A stretch of 64,000 nt of DNA, taken from NCBI GenBank assembly GCA_965207885.1, contig OZ242311.1, forward strand, positions 4,992,001 to 5,056,000, given 5' to 3'. The DNA is from Candidatus Latescibacterota bacterium (GTDB lineage Bacteria > Latescibacterota > UBA2968). Of the stretch, positions 1 through 10,936 are shown piece by piece. The notes beneath the pieces are model-generated. The model ran no database searches. It was not told where the DNA came from and saw only the letters and a list, made by a program, of their open reading frames with translations. Every line of letters begins with the position of its first letter. Within the stretch, counting starts at the first letter, position 1. The translations under genes and the position numbers were made by a program.

Positions 1-1
1 A

Positions 2-1030
2 CGGCAAAATCCGAAATCCAGCTCTAACTACAACGAATATGTGATCTGCGAATTCGGGACCTGGAAGAGTGAGGTTTTGGGGCAGGGACTGCGGGCACCG
101 GGGATGAGCCACACCGGGATCTTTTACTACCGCCACGTACAGGAGGGAAAATGCCTGGAACTGCGGCGGGTGGATCTCGCCACGGGCGAATGGGAGGTAA
201 TTTTCGAATTTCCCGAAGATTTTCAGCACCGGGGGATGGACACAGTGTCTCCCGACGAGCGCTACTACGCCTATGGCGTCACCCTCAGCCTGGAACCCCA
301 GATGTTTGGAATCGAACTGCTGGATTTGAAGACCGGCACGCGGGATCTCATCCACACCGATCCGGATATTTGCAACCCCCACACCCAGTTCGAGCCCACC
401 TGGGGCAAGCAAATTATGGTACAGCACAACCGGGGATGCAAGGTGCTGCCCGACGGTACCAGGGCGGTAATTTTCGGAGAACAGGGTGCCACGGAATTTC
501 TCCTGGACATCCCGAGCGGAAAGGTGACGCGGTTGCAGGTAGGGGAACCTTATACGCCCAGCATCGTAGGACACGAAGCCTGGATTGCAGGAACGAACGA
601 GATCTTACTCACAGTCCGAGCCCCAAACGCCCGGGGGCTACACAGCCCCGAAGAATGGTATTTTGCAGAAGGCGACTACACCCCCGAAAAGGGCAATCTG
701 CTGGGCGTAAAAGCCGGGGAACCGCCACGGAGCGTCTCGCGCGGATACCGGTTTAATCACCTGGGGACATCGCCGTGCGGCCGGTACTTTTTTGCCGATG
801 ACTGGCAGGGATCCGGCAAGCTCATACTGGGATCCATCCAGACGGGAAAAAATGCGGTCGTATGCGACGCCCGCACCTCAATCCTCGTCAAAAAAGCGCA
901 TCCACACGCCTACGCCACTCCGGATATGCAGTGGATGGTGTTCACATCCGACCTGAGCGGACAGCCCCAAATTCACGTGGCCTCCATACCGTCGGATCTG
1001 GTGAGCGGACTAAACGGCACAGCGTCTTAA
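2..1030 (+). CDS. Oligogalacturonate lyase-like / TolB-like beta-propeller protein (5' end probably outside window)
   Basis: Frame is open from position 2; C-terminal HPHAYATPD..VFTSD..GQPQI and internal GHEAW/NPHTQF motifs resemble Ogl-type propellers. Confidence 0.6.
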   Translation, partial: RQNPKSSSNYNEYVICEFGTWKSEVLGQGLRAPGMSHTGIFYYRHVQEGKCLELRRVDLATGEWEVIFEFPEDFQHRGMDTVSPDERYYAYGVTLSLEPQMFGIELLDLKTGTRDLIHTDPDICNPHTQFEPTWGKQIMVQHNRGCKVLPDGTRAVIFGEQGATEFLLDIPSGKVTRLQVGEPYTPSIVGHEAWIAGTNEILLTVRAPNARGLHSPEEWYFAEGDYTPEKGNLLGVKAGEPPRSVSRGYRFNHLGTSPCGRYFFADDWQGSGKLILGSIQTGKNAVVCDARTSILVKKAHPHAYATPDMQWMVFTSDLSGQPQIHVASIPSDLVSGLNGTAS

Positions 1031-1060
1031 AAAATCTACTTTAAGCGAAAGGAGCGAATT

Positions 1061-2260
1061 TTGAACAGTGATCCAGGGCTTCCCACCGTTGCACCAGAAG
1101 ATGTGGGACTATCAGCTACGCGTCTGCACCGCATCAATCACCTGATGCAACGCTATATCGACGAAGGCAAACTCGTCAGCATTATAACGATGGTCTGTCG
1201 GCAGGGCAAAATCGCGCATTTTTCTTGTTACGGAACACAAGACACAAAAGTACCCACAACGCGCGATACGATCTTTCGGATTTATTCAATGACCAAACCC
1301 ATCACAACTGTCGCGGCCATGATGCTCTATGAAGAGGGACTTTTTCAACTGGATGATCCCGTATCGGATTTTATTCCAGAATTGAATGATGTAAAAGTCT
1401 TCGCCGGTACAGGCGTACCCCCAGAGGACCTGGAGCGAGAAATCACGATTCGCCATTTGATGACCCACACATCGGGGATGACCTATGGCTTTATGGGCAA
1501 TTCGCCCGTCGAACAAATGTATAATGAGGCAAAAATTAATCGGCCAGACCATTCGACAAAAGAAATGGTACAAACACTGGCAACGCTACCCCTGGCAAAC
1601 CAACCGGGTACAGCCTGGCGCTACAGCGTATCGACCGATGTACTCGGGCATTTTGTCGAAGTTGTTTCCGGCATGCCCCTCAATGCGTTTTTCAGAGAGC
1701 GAATTTTAGATCCCCTGGGCATGGAAGACACGGAATTTTGGGTGCGCGAAGGACAGGGCCATCGGTTTGCGACAAATTACGCCCCGGCACAAGAAGGTGG
1801 GATTCGAGTAATTGACGACCCGGCAACCAGCAAATTTTCCAGTCCGCAAAAATTCTATTCCGGCGGTGGCGGATTGGTCTCCACAGCCTCTGATTATATT
1901 CGCTTCTGCCACCTGATGCTCAATGGAGGTGTGTTTCAAGGCGTGCGGCTACTGGGGCGCAAAACCGTCGAACTGATGACAATGAACCACTTGCCCGACG
2001 AACTGATGCCCATCTCTCTGGGACTGACAAATCTATCGGGTGAAGGTTTTGGATTGGGAGGCGCGATCTTGCTCGATGCAGCCGCTGGCGGTCTCGGCAG
2101 TGTGGGGACATTTCGCTGGGGCGGTGCGGCAACAACTGCGTTTTGGATCGATTATGAAGAAGAACTCGTCGGATTATTGCTCACGCAATTTATGCCCGCA
2201 AATTACTATCGCATTCGCGCTGAATTTAAGACACTGGTGTACCAGGCATTGATTGGGTAA
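1061..2260 (+). CDS. Serine hydrolase, beta-lactamase class C-like family
   Basis: FRIYSMTK (SxxK), LMTHTSG, WRYS, GGGGLVST motifs; AAAGGAG RBS before TTG start. Confidence 0.9.
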   Translation: MNSDPGLPTVAPEDVGLSATRLHRINHLMQRYIDEGKLVSIITMVCRQGKIAHFSCYGTQDTKVPTTRDTIFRIYSMTKPITTVAAMMLYEEGLFQLDDPVSDFIPELNDVKVFAGTGVPPEDLEREITIRHLMTHTSGMTYGFMGNSPVEQMYNEAKINRPDHSTKEMVQTLATLPLANQPGTAWRYSVSTDVLGHFVEVVSGMPLNAFFRERILDPLGMEDTEFWVREGQGHRFATNYAPAQEGGIRVIDDPATSKFSSPQKFYSGGGGLVSTASDYIRFCHLMLNGGVFQGVRLLGRKTVELMTMNHLPDELMPISLGLTNLSGEGFGLGGAILLDAAAGGLGSVGTFRWGGAATTAFWIDYEEELVGLLLTQFMPANYYRIRAEFKTLVYQALIG

Positions 2261-2781
2261 TGATTTTTTTACATCAGAGACTATTCATATTGATCGAGAT
2301 ATTTATTATTTTCCTTCTATTAACACCCGTTTTGGGTGAGCAAATACCCAATGTAGATCGCGTAGTCGTGTACAAAAAAAAACGCGTGTTGCAATTGTGC
2401 CGGGGCGACAGCGTGCTCAAACAATATCCAATTGCACTGGGCAAATCGCCCGAGGGCCATAAAACACGAGAAGGCGACTCGCGGACGCCAGAAGGCCGCT
2501 ACATATTGGACTGGCGCAATCCCAATAGCAAATACTATCTATCTATACACATATCCTATCCAAACAAAGCCGACAAACAACGCGCAGACTCCCTTGGTGT
2601 AAACCCAGGCGGAGCTATCATGGTTCACGGATACCCAACGGGGAAATCGGCATCGCTGTGGAATAGATACTGGTTCTTGGGACGCGATTGGACGGATGGA
2701 TGTATAGCCGTATCAAACGAAGCCATGGATGAAATTTGGACTACTGTAAAAGATGGAACGCCAATTGACATCCATCCATAG
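2260..2781 (+). CDS. L,D-transpeptidase (YkuD family)
   Basis: EGDSRTPEG, ISYPN, IMVHG...WTDGCIA catalytic His/Cys motif; N-terminal signal-like segment. Confidence 0.9.
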   Translation: MIFLHQRLFILIEIFIIFLLLTPVLGEQIPNVDRVVVYKKKRVLQLCRGDSVLKQYPIALGKSPEGHKTREGDSRTPEGRYILDWRNPNSKYYLSIHISYPNKADKQRADSLGVNPGGAIMVHGYPTGKSASLWNRYWFLGRDWTDGCIAVSNEAMDEIWTTVKDGTPIDIHP

Positions 2782-2792
2782 TCACAATCAAC

Positions 2793-3605
2793 TTGATGGA
2801 GACAATAATGAGCGGACGATTTGGATACAACATGGACAAATCCACACCCCTTGAAGAAGGCATTGTATGGGGTGCAGAAAATGGATTTCGCTATATCGAC
2901 TTTCAGGCCGATATGCCCCCAAATAATCTAACTTCTTTTGACAATGCGCGCGTAAAACGCATTCGAGATTTGTGCGAGAAACACGCAGTGCAAATCGGCG
3001 TACATCCCTCTTCTGCCATTAACAATGCCGAATATGTCCCAATCTTATCCGAAGCAGTCGATGACTATGTGAACGCCAATTTTGACCTCGCAGTTCGGTT
3101 GGGATGCGGCTGGATCGTCGGCCATGGGGGCTATCACTTTGGCGATACAGGTCTGCGCCGAGATGCTGCCATAGAACGCATGAAGCGGCTGGTACATCGA
3201 GCGGAAAAAACCGATGTATTGATCTATTTTGAAAACCACAATTTGGAACCCGAACACGCCGAAATTCACTATTTGCCGCACAATGTTGAAGAGACGCAAT
3301 GGTTTTTTGATGCCATTCAATCCGATCACTTCAAGTGGGCATTCAACGTCGCGCACGGACATCTCGTACCCGAAGGCTGGGATGGATTTCTCGATACCTT
3401 TGGCGTAGATAACATCGGCCAGGTACGCATAAATGATAACAATGGCGATTACGAAATACACCTGGTACCGGGAGAAGGCACAATCGATTTTGACGCGCTC
3501 TTCAAACGCTTAAACGCCATGGGCTACGAGGGATGGTTCAGCCTGGGCTTTGGAAATGCAGCCGACAAAATTCGCATAAAAAACGAGTTTGAAAAAAATC
3601 TATAA
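2793..3605 (+). CDS. Sugar phosphate isomerase/epimerase (AP endonuclease 2 TIM barrel)
   Basis: FENHN, NVAHGHL, INDNNG..IHLVPGEGTIDF motifs; start may be ATG 2808. Confidence 0.85.
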   Translation: MMETIMSGRFGYNMDKSTPLEEGIVWGAENGFRYIDFQADMPPNNLTSFDNARVKRIRDLCEKHAVQIGVHPSSAINNAEYVPILSEAVDDYVNANFDLAVRLGCGWIVGHGGYHFGDTGLRRDAAIERMKRLVHRAEKTDVLIYFENHNLEPEHAEIHYLPHNVEETQWFFDAIQSDHFKWAFNVAHGHLVPEGWDGFLDTFGVDNIGQVRINDNNGDYEIHLVPGEGTIDFDALFKRLNAMGYEGWFSLGFGNAADKIRIKNEFEKNL

Positions 3606-3615
3606 GGAGGAAACA

Positions 3616-4338
3616 TTGTCGTTAGTCACAGTTATCGGACGTGGGCATTCGGGCACGCGCTTGATCTCCCACACGCTCTATGCCAGCGGTATGTACATGG
3701 GACGCTTGATCAATGCATCGGGCGATAAAATGCCTCCCCAGGCGCTGTACGATGCGTGTCGCGTAATGGCAAAATACGTGAAATGGAATGGCGGATTATC
3801 GTGGGATTTTGATGACCTGCACACCATGGACATCGACCCCGAATTTATCCACCTCGTCGAAACCTATTTGCAAGACGTGCTTCCCCCCAGAAATCGGTAC
3901 GAGAACTACGGATGGAAATTACCCGAGACCACACTCGTCTATCCGTGGATCGTGCGCATGTTTCCCGATGCAAAATACATTCACTAGGTGCGCGACCCGC
4001 GCGATTGTATTTTGAGTGGGCATAAAACAGATGATTTGAGCGATTTCGATATTCAATATCCACAAACAGATGACATACGCAAACGGCGGGCGATTTCCTG
4101 GTTATATCAGTATGAAATCATGAAATCCACGCCCGTGCCCAAACACTGTATCACCGTGCGATTTGAGGATGCGATATTAAATCAGGAAGAGACATTTGCG
4201 CGAGTAGAGGCATTCCTCGGATTTCCATTGGGCAAAGTGATCGTGCGTCCCGATTCCGTAGGCAGATGGAAAACCGATGATGGCGTCCATGATTTTGAGT
4301 TTTTGCATCCCGCGATGAAAGCGTATCAATACATCTAA
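3616..4338 (+). pseudogene. Sulfotransferase interrupted by in-frame TAG at 3985-3987
   Basis: GRGHSGT 5'-PSB loop, GWKLP, then YIH*VRDPRD 3'-PB motif continuing in the same frame; AAGGAGG RBS before TTG 3616. Confidence 0.8.
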
Positions 4339-4349
4339 AAATCCCAAAC

Positions 4350-5309
4350 ATGCCCTACAAAACCTTCGACCGCTCCAAACTCAAACTCCGCCCGCTCGAC
4401 CAGCGGGAACACGACCTCTCTGTCGATCAAATTCCCGACCTCGACGCGCCAATACCTCCCTTTGACAACCCCAACCTTCCCATCGTCGCAGATCGAATAG
4501 TACGCGCCAGGCAAAACAATCGCGCGGTCATCTTCATGATCGGCGCCCACGTCATTCGCGCCGGCGCCGCGCGCTATCTCATCGACCTGATGGAACGCGG
4601 CCTCATCACCCATATTGCGGGCAATGGGGCCTGCGCCATACACGACTACGAATTTGCCCGCATCGGCGCAACCACCGAAAGCGTGGGCAGATATATCCGC
4701 ACCGGAGAATTTGGACTGTGGACAGAAACAGGCGACCTCAACCTCATTGCCCAAACAGCGGCGCAAAAAGGCATTGGACTGGGCGAAGCCGTCGGGCGCG
4801 ACATCCTCGAAAGCAATTACCCACACAAAGACATCAGCATTTTTGCCGCTGCTATCCGACTCAACATCCCCATCACCACACACGTCAGCATCGGTTATGA
4901 CATCGTCCACGAACACCCCAACTGCGACGGTGCCGCAATTGGCGCGAGCACCTACACCGACTTCTTAATTTTCACAGAATCCATCTCCCACCTCGAAGGC
5001 GGCGTCCTCCTCAACATCGGCACAGCCATCATGGGACCTGAAGTCTATCTCAAAGCCCTCGCCATGGCCCGCAATGTCGCCCGCCAGGAAAATCGCAGCA
5101 TCGCCAAATTTACCACAGCAGTCTTCGACCTCATCTCCCTCGGCGACGACCTCGACACCGAAGCCCCCAAAACCGACCCCCGCTACTACTACCGCCCCTT
5201 CAAAACCATCCTCGTTCGCACCGTGCGCGATGGCGGCGAAAGCTATTATATCCAGGGCGACCACCGGGAGACAATTCCAAATTTATATCGGCTAATAAGA
5301 GCAAAGTAA
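4350..5309 (+). CDS. Deoxyhypusine synthase-like (DHS-fold) protein of unknown function
   Basis: IGAHVIRAG, NGACAIHDYE, IGYDIVHEHP, NIGTAIMGPEVYLKAL motifs. Confidence 0.65.
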   Translation: MPYKTFDRSKLKLRPLDQREHDLSVDQIPDLDAPIPPFDNPNLPIVADRIVRARQNNRAVIFMIGAHVIRAGAARYLIDLMERGLITHIAGNGACAIHDYEFARIGATTESVGRYIRTGEFGLWTETGDLNLIAQTAAQKGIGLGEAVGRDILESNYPHKDISIFAAAIRLNIPITTHVSIGYDIVHEHPNCDGAAIGASTYTDFLIFTESISHLEGGVLLNIGTAIMGPEVYLKALAMARNVARQENRSIAKFTTAVFDLISLGDDLDTEAPKTDPRYYYRPFKTILVRTVRDGGESYYIQGDHRETIPNLYRLIRAK

Positions 5310-5315
5310 GCCCAC

Positions 5316-7310
5316 TCACCACGCAACATGGATCATATGCCCCTGCCCGTGGAACCATATCCAATCCACGACAACACCGATTGCCGTGCCCGCCATATAA
5401 GCGACCATCATACCCAGAAAAAGCGGTGTCAACCTGCGATAGCGCTCCAGGCCGCCAAGCCGCAACACAATCGTCTTCAAAGCCCAAACAAGAAAAATCG
5501 TCAGCGTTGTATTGCGAAGCGGTGCAGAAGCTGAAATCGTAAACCCAATCGGATGAAGCGGAAACCCCGGAAACCGATACCGCAAGAAAAACAACAAACC
5601 CGTAAATGCGGCGCCAATTCCCAAAAAACCGATACGATCCCAACTCGTACCCATTGTCCCGGCTTGAATGCGCCCCGCAGTGAGCTGGTTAAACCCCGCC
5701 AGATTCAGCGCCCCAATACCCCTGAAACTCACAGTCCCAAAATTGTAACTCCCCATCACATAATAGCCGTAATACAAAATAAATCCCACAGCCGTCGCAG
5801 CCCCAATCAACGCCCCCAACATCACACCCGGCGCGAGCACTTTGCGCAACCTGCGATTTATCGCCATCCCCAACCTCGGCACATGCGCCATAGGCGTCAT
5901 CGCAAACGTCTTGGCATCGCAGGCAAACGCATTGGTCAGCGTCAAAATCACCGCACTGCCCGGTCCCATGCCCAAAACGCCGAACAAATGCCAGGTAAAA
6001 GCCTGCGCCGTGATCGGTCCCCGCAAAAAAATAAGCCCGCTCTCCACCATAATCCGCGCCAATCCCAAATACAAGACCAGCGTGGCAAAATAAAATGCCA
6101 GAATGGGACCCCAGGCCATACCCGCGCTTTTCAACCACAACAAAAGATATACAGAACAGCCCAGCATCATCCACACAGAGGTCCGATACGACATCAACTC
6201 CTCGGTATCATCCACGCGATCATCGCCCCAGAACGCTTTGCGAAAAACATCCCGCAAATGCGACCGCGCAATCCACAAACCCCAGCCGACAAAGACGACC
6301 ATCCCCCCAAAACTCTGCCACCCCACCGCCGCGTGAAAAGACCCCCACGGATCCACATTGCCTACTTCCAGACCAATGCGATTAAACACCCCTGCCTGCA
6401 CAATAGCCAGCACAGAAAAAAACCAGATTGAAAACAGCACTTCCAGATTCGTAAAATAGCCAAACACCAGTGTCAAAAGACTGAACCGAAACTGAAAAGG
6501 CGGAAAACCCCGCGCAAGTGGCAACAATTTAGACGCAAAATTTCCACTCAAAATAGGCGGTGGCGGCACAGCCACATAAAACCAGGTAACCATAAACCAG
6601 CAAATAATCAGAAAGGTGACTGCAAATCCCACCAGAAAAAATCGCGACCGCACCAGAGATGAAAGCGTGCCGTGCGTTCCAGACACACCCGTCAGTTCCA
6701 AAAGCGCGCGTGCCACGGGAAAAGCCAGCCGTTCATGCGCCATCCACTGCTTTCGCAAAATCACGCTCAAGCAGAGATTGACACCCAGTATAGCACCCAA
6801 AAAAGTGCCCCACCAGAACAGTGGGGCAATCCACAAACGCCACGGAAACCCTTCCCCGGGCGGAAGTCCCTCGTAAAAATGCGTCACAGCCGCACGATCA
6901 TTTACCACAGCCCATCCCGGCAAATGCGGCAACAGCAATTCTCCCCATCGGTTCTCTGCCGACGCAAAATAGTGCGGCATAGTGAGCGCTTCGAGAAAAT
7001 AATTCGACAGCCACTCACCCTGCATACACGCAGCCACTATGCCTATGCAACACACGACCAGCAGCTCAGAAGGCGATAAGCTGCGTCCTTTCAAAAACAG
7101 ATTGCCCACCAGCAAAAACAAATACGGAATGAGCAGAGCCACGGACAAATGCGCGTGATCTGCACGCGTAGAATGCAGCACCAGACTCGCGTACACAGGC
7201 CAAAAATTGACCCACGCTGCCATGACCAGACCGATTACAAGCGACCGCCGCGTCACTTTTGATAGAACAGTACTCTTCAAAATCAATTTTTCCATGGGAG
7301 CAGGGATCAC
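5316..7310 (-). CDS. Multi-pass membrane protein, DUF6785/DUF6784-type putative peptide transporter
   Basis: Many hydrophobic helices; RKQW..HERLAFP, LARIMVESG, PGFPLHPIG motifs. Confidence 0.75.
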   Translation of the reverse strand: MIPAPMEKLILKSTVLSKVTRRSLVIGLVMAAWVNFWPVYASLVLHSTRADHAHLSVALLIPYLFLLVGNLFLKGRSLSPSELLVVCCIGIVAACMQGEWLSNYFLEALTMPHYFASAENRWGELLLPHLPGWAVVNDRAAVTHFYEGLPPGEGFPWRLWIAPLFWWGTFLGAILGVNLCLSVILRKQWMAHERLAFPVARALLELTGVSGTHGTLSSLVRSRFFLVGFAVTFLIICWFMVTWFYVAVPPPPILSGNFASKLLPLARGFPPFQFRFSLLTLVFGYFTNLEVLFSIWFFSVLAIVQAGVFNRIGLEVGNVDPWGSFHAAVGWQSFGGMVVFVGWGLWIARSHLRDVFRKAFWGDDRVDDTEELMSYRTSVWMMLGCSVYLLLWLKSAGMAWGPILAFYFATLVLYLGLARIMVESGLIFLRGPITAQAFTWHLFGVLGMGPGSAVILTLTNAFACDAKTFAMTPMAHVPRLGMAINRRLRKVLAPGVMLGALIGAATAVGFILYYGYYVMGSYNFGTVSFRGIGALNLAGFNQLTAGRIQAGTMGTSWDRIGFLGIGAAFTGLLFFLRYRFPGFPLHPIGFTISASAPLRNTTLTIFLVWALKTIVLRLGGLERYRRLTPLFLGMMVAYMAGTAIGVVVDWIWFHGQGHMIHVAW

Positions 7311-7508
7311 ACAGAGACACTAAGACACAAAGGGGACATGGAGCAGAGTTTAAATTTATACATAGGAAATAGCAAGGGATATTTCTAAAAATCCTTGTAA
7401 TCCCTCCAATCAGTGACTATATTTCTCATAGTCTGAACAAATAAATTTGCTGAAATTTCTATAACGTACTCCAAACATTGACCACCAAAATCCCAAAGGA
7501 AAACCATA

Positions 7509-7715
7509 ATGCAGATTCCGACACCTCAAGACAAGTTGGCAGAGTTTGATGCCCGCTTGTCTCGCATTGAAGGCATTAATGAACAGATGAACACGCGCTT
7601 GACAAGCGTTGAGCAAGGTCAGCGTGATTTGAGAACCGATATTCGTTGGGTTATCGGCATTCAAATCACAACCTTGTTGACTCTTGGAACGCTCATTCTG
7701 TTCAAGGTCGGATAA
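7509..7715 (+). CDS. Small coiled-coil protein with C-terminal TM helix (DUF1640/XhlA-like)
   Basis: AAAGGA RBS; heptad segment RLSRIEG..QMNTRLTSVE then hydrophobic WVIGIQITTLLTLGTLILF. Confidence 0.65.
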   Translation: MQIPTPQDKLAEFDARLSRIEGINEQMNTRLTSVEQGQRDLRTDIRWVIGIQITTLLTLGTLILFKVG

Positions 7716-7803
7716 TTTTATTTAAAACAATAAGACGTTGGTTCACAAACGACTGGTGAGATGTTGGCATCTACACAACAGATATAGCTCACAAACACAT
7801 GGC

Positions 7804-7842
7804 ACAGAAAAGGGCTTGCGAGATCGAATCGCAAGCCCTTTT
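7804..7842. terminator. Bidirectional intrinsic terminator, duplicated at 14233-14268
   Basis: AAAAGGGCTTGCGA-gatcgaa-TCGCAAGCCCTTTT hairpin between convergent genes. Confidence 0.8.
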
Positions 7843-7859
7843 ACATTTATATGAGACTT

Positions 7860-10800
7860 TCAAGACTGCCCAAAATCCTGTGTGAAGATCAAAAAATCTC
7901 CAATACCAATCTGTCCATCACCATCCAGATCATATCGTGCATCGTAGTTTGCGTGACCAACCGCGTAACCAAAATGAGATGTGAAAAGGAGAAAATCACT
8001 GATCCCCACTGAGCCATCGCCATCAAAGTCTGCTCTTAGTGCCCCCTGTTGAGAAAACCTTAAGACCACAGGATTGGCAAAGGATTCAAATTGTCCAGAC
8101 CGTCGAATACGTGCATATCGCAGGCGTATTTGACCTGTCTGAAAAGTATCCGAAACGCTAAACCGTATCGTGCCAAGCCTCGCGGACTCCTGTGCAATTT
8201 TCCCGCCAAATGACGCTGCCATCACTTCAACAGAAGAAGGATTGGGAGGATAATAAGGTCCTGGCGAATGTCCATTTGGAATACCATCTCCAATATCAAA
8301 ACCCTCGTAAGCTAACGATGGTATATCAAAATCAAACAAAGCGCGAAATCCTATCGCGTCCATAACCTGCTGCCCGTGAATTTCAACGGCAATCACACCA
8401 TCCGAAGGCGTGACATACACACCCTGATTCTCCGACGCATTTGTTACAAGAGATAATGTAAAGGAAGTGGTTTGAGAATGAAGCCCCTTTCCAGCAACAG
8501 GGAAACCGACAGCAGGCGTTTTGGAATCGTTGCTATAAATAGTCACACGCGCTGACAAATCCCCAGTTCTGTTTGGCTCAAAACGAAGCGTAAAAAAGCC
8601 ATTTTGCTTTGCGGGAATCACAAACTGTTTGGGAGTAACACTCACTTGCCCATCACTGGCAATAATATCTGTAATTGACAGAGAAGCGTCTCCAAAATTG
8701 GTGACAGTCACAGTCATAGACTTTGAACTACCGACCTCAACACTACCAAAATCGCGCAGAGAAGCATTGACCGATATTTGCGGAACGGGAACAACGGGTT
8801 GTCGAACGCCTTGCGCTCGCAGTGTCACAGTGGCCTGCGGTAAATTGCTCAAAATGGTCATGTTGCCAGATTTATCCCCCACACTTTGCGGAGAAAAAGT
8901 GACAGAGATCTGTTTGCTACGACCTGGTGCAACGATATAAGAAGATTGGGAAAGACTGTAATCACTGGACGGCAATAGAATATTTGTAATAACCAATGAC
9001 GCCTGACCCGTGTTGACAATCCCAAGATTCAAGGTTTGGGATGACCCCAATAAGACCGCCCCAAAATCGAGCGTAGTACGCGAAAGATTCATGACGGGTG
9101 TACCAACGGAAAGCAAAGACAACTCCAACCTTCCATAGCCATATACATTATCCCGTCCAGCAACCCCCATATCGACTGCAGATTGCGTAAGTGCGTCCTT
9201 CAGCCTTCGCGCATTATAATGGACGGGATCGGCAGATTTTAAGAGTGCTGCTGCACCAGCGACATGGGGCGTCGCCGCCGATGTTCCAAAGTATAGCTCG
9301 GGGCTATAGCTTATGGTACTAACACCAGCAGGTGCAACCAAATCGGGTTTAGTTCGCCCATCAAAAGTAGGACCTTGCGAACTATAAACCGCAACAGGCC
9401 CTGTTGTCCATTGCCAATGATGCAAGGCCCCACAGTTAGCGCACCACGCGCATCCCCCGGTATTCCCACTGATCCTCTAATGGATACAGGCCCATCGAGA
9501 TCGTGATTTTCACTGATCAATTTGAAAAGGGTCACCTTGGCGTCTGATGCTCGCCAAATCGCAAAACCATAGTTTCCCGATTCTCGAATAGTATAAACGA
9601 GATGTTCTACGGGAGGTGACTGAAGTTGTTTGGTATCTGCACGCTCAACAATCTCGGTACTGCCATCTGCCTCAATTTTTACGAGCAAAAGATCGTAGTC
9701 GTGAGACGTGAGAGGCCATTCATTCCAGGTCAACCACGCTTCTACTTCCTCTCCTTTTTGCAGGAACATATTTCCCGTTTGGCGATTTTCCAAGTTGACG
9801 ATTTCATTTTCTCCAGCAAAGTTGTGATATCCATCGCCATCCGGGTCGCTTAACAGCGCAGAGATTTGGCTTTGGGCATAATTCCCTGCAGCATTCACCC
9901 ACAACACATTATTCTGAAAAGCATCATCTACAATTTCGCATGCGCGGCCTGTTCCATCGCCAAAGCCAGTACCCCATCGCCATCCCAAAGATACGGTGAC
10001 AATATCCAGGCCCTCCTGAATAGCCGCATCCTTAGCGTTTTCCAAACTCACCATACCGCTTACTTTATAAAGATAAATTTCAGCATCTGGGGCGATGTCG
10101 TGAACAATCTCAGCACAGGCCGATCCATGCACCCTCGCGCTTTCAGAAAGATGACCTTGTTGAAAAATCCCTTCTCCAGTAAAATCCCGATAAGACAAAT
10201 TGGGCAGTTCTCCTCTATTCTGAAGTGCTGGAACCCCTACAAAACCGACATCAATGACCCCCACTTTTATACCTCGTCCAGTAAACCCCCTATTTGAATA
10301 AACTGACGCCTTAATGTTTGCCACTCCCTCGCTGACAACGAGTGGTTTGGGCTTTATGGGCAATCGCACAAATTGCACACCATCCACATGTGTCAGCCTT
10401 TCAAGAGCAGATATGGGTACAGACACCTCAACCAAATGCCGAGATTGGGCGACAACTCTGACCCCCAAACTGGACAATGCCCCCAAATCAATGCTATCCG
10501 AAAGCCGCCCATAGCGCGGTTCCAATACGACCGTGATATTTTCACCATCGATATCTGCTGCGCCATATTGTCTCGCCGTCGCCTTGGCCAACGCCCGTTT
10601 TTGCGCCACCCAACTCTTTTGAATCCGAGCCAGCACGCCCTCCAATTTTGGAGGATGATCTACCTTTTCGTACTCAATTGGAGCCGCACCAAAAACCACA
10701 GTGCTACAAAAAAACAGTATGATCACAGAGGGAACTAATGCTACATGGCAAAAGAAGTTAGCCAAGCCAGTCTTGCTTGCGGTTGTCATTGCGGCATGCT

Positions 10801-10933
10801 TAAAGCCGCAATCCACAGGCGAACCTCTCAGACTGGACTCCTGCCTCCGCAGGAGTGACGACAATCTATATGGAGTAAGACTTACACCGCGATGCACTAA
10901 TCGCTTTCCCCAAAATTTCAGATAGATAAACAT
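7860..10933 (-). CDS. Secreted S8 subtilisin-like peptidase with Ig-like (choice-of-anchor D/ASH) repeats, cohesin-like domain and dockerin-like tail; -1 frameshift at about 9428-9431
   Basis: VGVIDVG (Asp), HGSACA (His), NAAGN in ORF 9311-10933; KPDLVAP and FGTSAATPH (Ser) in ORF 7860-9425; adding one G restores LTVGALHHW; C-terminal DFDGDG..DFLLF..FG..YDLDGDG. Confidence 0.85.
10785..10859. repeat. Palindromic REP/RPE-like element (GTCA...TGAC double hairpin)
   Basis: GTCATTGCGGC..GCCGCAATCC and GGACTCCTGC..GCAGGAGTGAC; related copy at 62368-62428. Confidence 0.7.
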
Positions 10934-10936
10934 TGC

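Noticed and set aside
3985-3987. Genome-wide amber recoding
   Set aside because: TAG terminates several complete genes in the window
5553-6431. 292-aa plus-strand ORF and similar long shadow ORFs (14695-15468, 28425-29162, 63012-63710)
   Set aside because: They lie opposite well-supported genes, lack motifs and have biased composition
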